64,000 bases of DNA, taken from a virus. Its lineage: Duplodnaviria > Caudoviricetes. The position numbers and the translations under genes are program-made. The notes under the pieces are model-generated. The model saw only the letters and a list, made by a program, of their open reading frames with translations. It did not search any database and was not told the origin of the DNA. Location of the stretch: IMG/VR virus record IMGVR_UViG_2896003607_000008, positions 2,752-66,751 of that record. The stretch is one strand, 5' to 3'. This document shows, piece after piece, positions 62,715-64,000 of the stretch; position 1 is the first letter of the stretch; each line of letters opens with the position of its first letter.

Positions 62715-64000
62715 AGCCAGTCGAGCTTGAGCTTCAGGCTTGGGCCTGCCCCGTATTTGGAGCCCGTTTCCTTGTGACCCATGAGCGCATCAATCATAGA
62801 GTCCTGCGCGCCGACGGCGACCAGCTGGTCTTTGAAGGTGTGCCGAAGGGAGTAGAGCGTTCGGTCGCCACCTTGCCGCAGATTGTTCTCTTTCAGGAAC
62901 TTGTTCACCGTCGCGGACAGCTCGCCGGCGCTGTCATGGTAGCGCGGGAATCCGCGCGGCTGCTCTCGCATCGCCGCAAGAGCGACTCCGACCAGAGGAA
63001 TGTCGCGGAGCGACTGCGGCGTCTTCATCCGGCGCCCGTCCGGCCGGACCTGGACGTGCGGGATCTCCGCTCCGAGCACAATCGTGCTCTCGTTGAGGTT
63101 CACTGCCTCGCTCGTGCGCAAGCCCGCACCAGCGACCAGGAAGAGAACGCGGCGCGCCTCGTCATTGAGACCGCGCAGTGCGTCCGGAGCCAGCAGCTTG
63201 CGTTGAACGTAGTCGGGGTCGAAAGGTGGCCGGGTCTTTTCGATGCCCCCCTCCAGCCGCATCCCTTCGAAGATCTTCGGAATCCCGAGGCGCAGCCGCT
63301 TGTTGATGACGAACAGCATGCGGTTGATGTGGCCCATGTCCTTGTTCGCGGTGTCGGGATCGAGCCCCTCGTCCTTCACACGGTCCTGCCACCATTCGGA
63401 ATAATCGAGGCCATCGGTGTGGGTGAGATTGGTGACAGCCTTGTCGCCGACCACGCTGATCAGGTTTTTCACCGCGCGGATCTTGGGGTTGCGCCATTTG
63501 CGCAGCTGGTCCGGCGACATATCGGTCAGTTCGGCGCTGACCTGCCGCTCGAACCGCTCGAACAACTCGGACAGCAGAATGACGGGGTGCCCCTCGCCGC
63601 CCAGGATGGCCGTGCGCGTGGATCGATCGCGCTCGGACGGACCTGTCGCCTTCTCCGCGACGACGCGATCCAGACGCTCCAGGATCTCGGCGAGCGGCTG
63701 CTGCGCAAGTTCGTCGGCCGGCATGTAGGCGAGCCCCATGGACCTGGCCCGGCGGCGAGCCGCGGCGTATCGGGTCTGCGCCTCTTCAGCTTTGCCCTCA
63801 ATGAGGTCGCGCCAGAACAGCTCGAGCACCTTGTTCTTCTGCTCGGCAACAATGCTCGCCTTGGCGCCGTTTCGGTCGTCGGCGATCGCGATCATGGTCG
63901 ATTCCTTGATCACGCCTCTCGGGTCCAGCCCTGCGAACTCGGCGGGGACGCGGCGAACGAAATGCCACACCCCGTGTCGGCGAGTCAGGTATCGGGTCAT
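62678..64000 (-). CDS. int: Tyrosine recombinase / integrase with DUF6538-like N-domain
   Basis: YL.RR.GVW.FVRRVP N-terminus; GLRTSEA (R), MKT (K), YSLRHTF, LMGH, KYG (Y). Confidence 0.92.
   Translation of the reverse strand: MTRYLTRRHGVWHFVRRVPAEFAGLDPRGVIKESTMIAIADDRNGAKASIVAEQKNKVLELFWRDLIEGKAEEAQTRYAAARRRARSMGLAYMPADELAQQPLAEILERLDRVVAEKATGPSERDRSTRTAILGGEGHPVILLSELFERFERQVSAELTDMSPDQLRKWRNPKIRAVKNLISVVGDKAVTNLTHTDGLDYSEWWQDRVKDEGLDPDTANKDMGHINRMLFVINKRLRLGIPKIFEGMRLEGGIEKTRPPFDPDYVQRKLLAPDALRGLNDEARRVLFLVAGAGLRTSEAVNLNESTIVLGAEIPHVQVRPDGRRMKTPQSLRDIPLVGVALAAMREQPRGFPRYHDSAGELSATVNKFLKENNLRQGGDRTLYSLRHTFKDQLVAVGAQDSMIDALMGHKETGSKYGAGPSLKLKLDWLQRIAFTPPPSV

Larger units (their letters stand above)
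1..64000. mobile_element. Temperate HK97-like prophage (partial: tail, lysis genes and att sites lie outside the window)
   Basis: Continuous phage content: tail tube, neck, capsid, portal, terminase, replication, cI/cro, recombination genes and an integrase at the right edge. Confidence 0.95.

Noticed and set aside
1-64000. Diversity-generating retroelement, retron, tRNA/rRNA genes, lysis cassette, att site
   Set aside because: No reverse transcriptase motifs, TR/VR pair, cloverleaf, endolysin or att core recognised; lysis genes and att probably lie outside the window

Overview
The whole window is one GC-rich temperate HK97-type prophage of an alphaproteobacterial (Hyphomicrobiales-like) host; host assignment is inferred from host-like DnaN, NYN, RecD-like and GapR-like proteins. 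It runs from the tail-tube gene (cut by the left edge) to a tyrosine integrase whose ATG is the last codon of the window. Order: neck/head genes with TWO tandem major-capsid paralogues, S49 protease, portal, TerL/TerS (- strand, 1-12.4 kb); a probable cos region (~12.45-12.66 kb); a ~12 kb oppositely oriented cluster of mostly unknown genes (DUF932, DUF3560-methyltransferase, DUF5983-like, microproteins) separating terS from the packaging HNH; HNH, Csp, DnaB/primase, C5-MTase, DnaN, RuvC-like, MT-A70 (- strand); cro/cI switch; a second initiator/loader replication module with iterons; and a long + strand early operon (SMC-like ATPase, RecE-like, Gp37/Gp68, NYN, RecD-like, Dam, ExoX, DUF1643, HerA-like). 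The strongest novel signal is in the 13.7-23.9 kb cluster: nine gene starts share a covarying hairpin-plus-RBS leader (AACC-stem-RAHWGT-stem'-AC-N4-7-GAGGA), and a second tandem motif (GGCTACGGCYGATT) sits at gene and domain junctions. Also notable: a 17-bp palindromic operator at three distant promoters and a Gly-Gly-terminated protein/partner pair. All family calls are by eye from motifs and synteny; no database searches were run.
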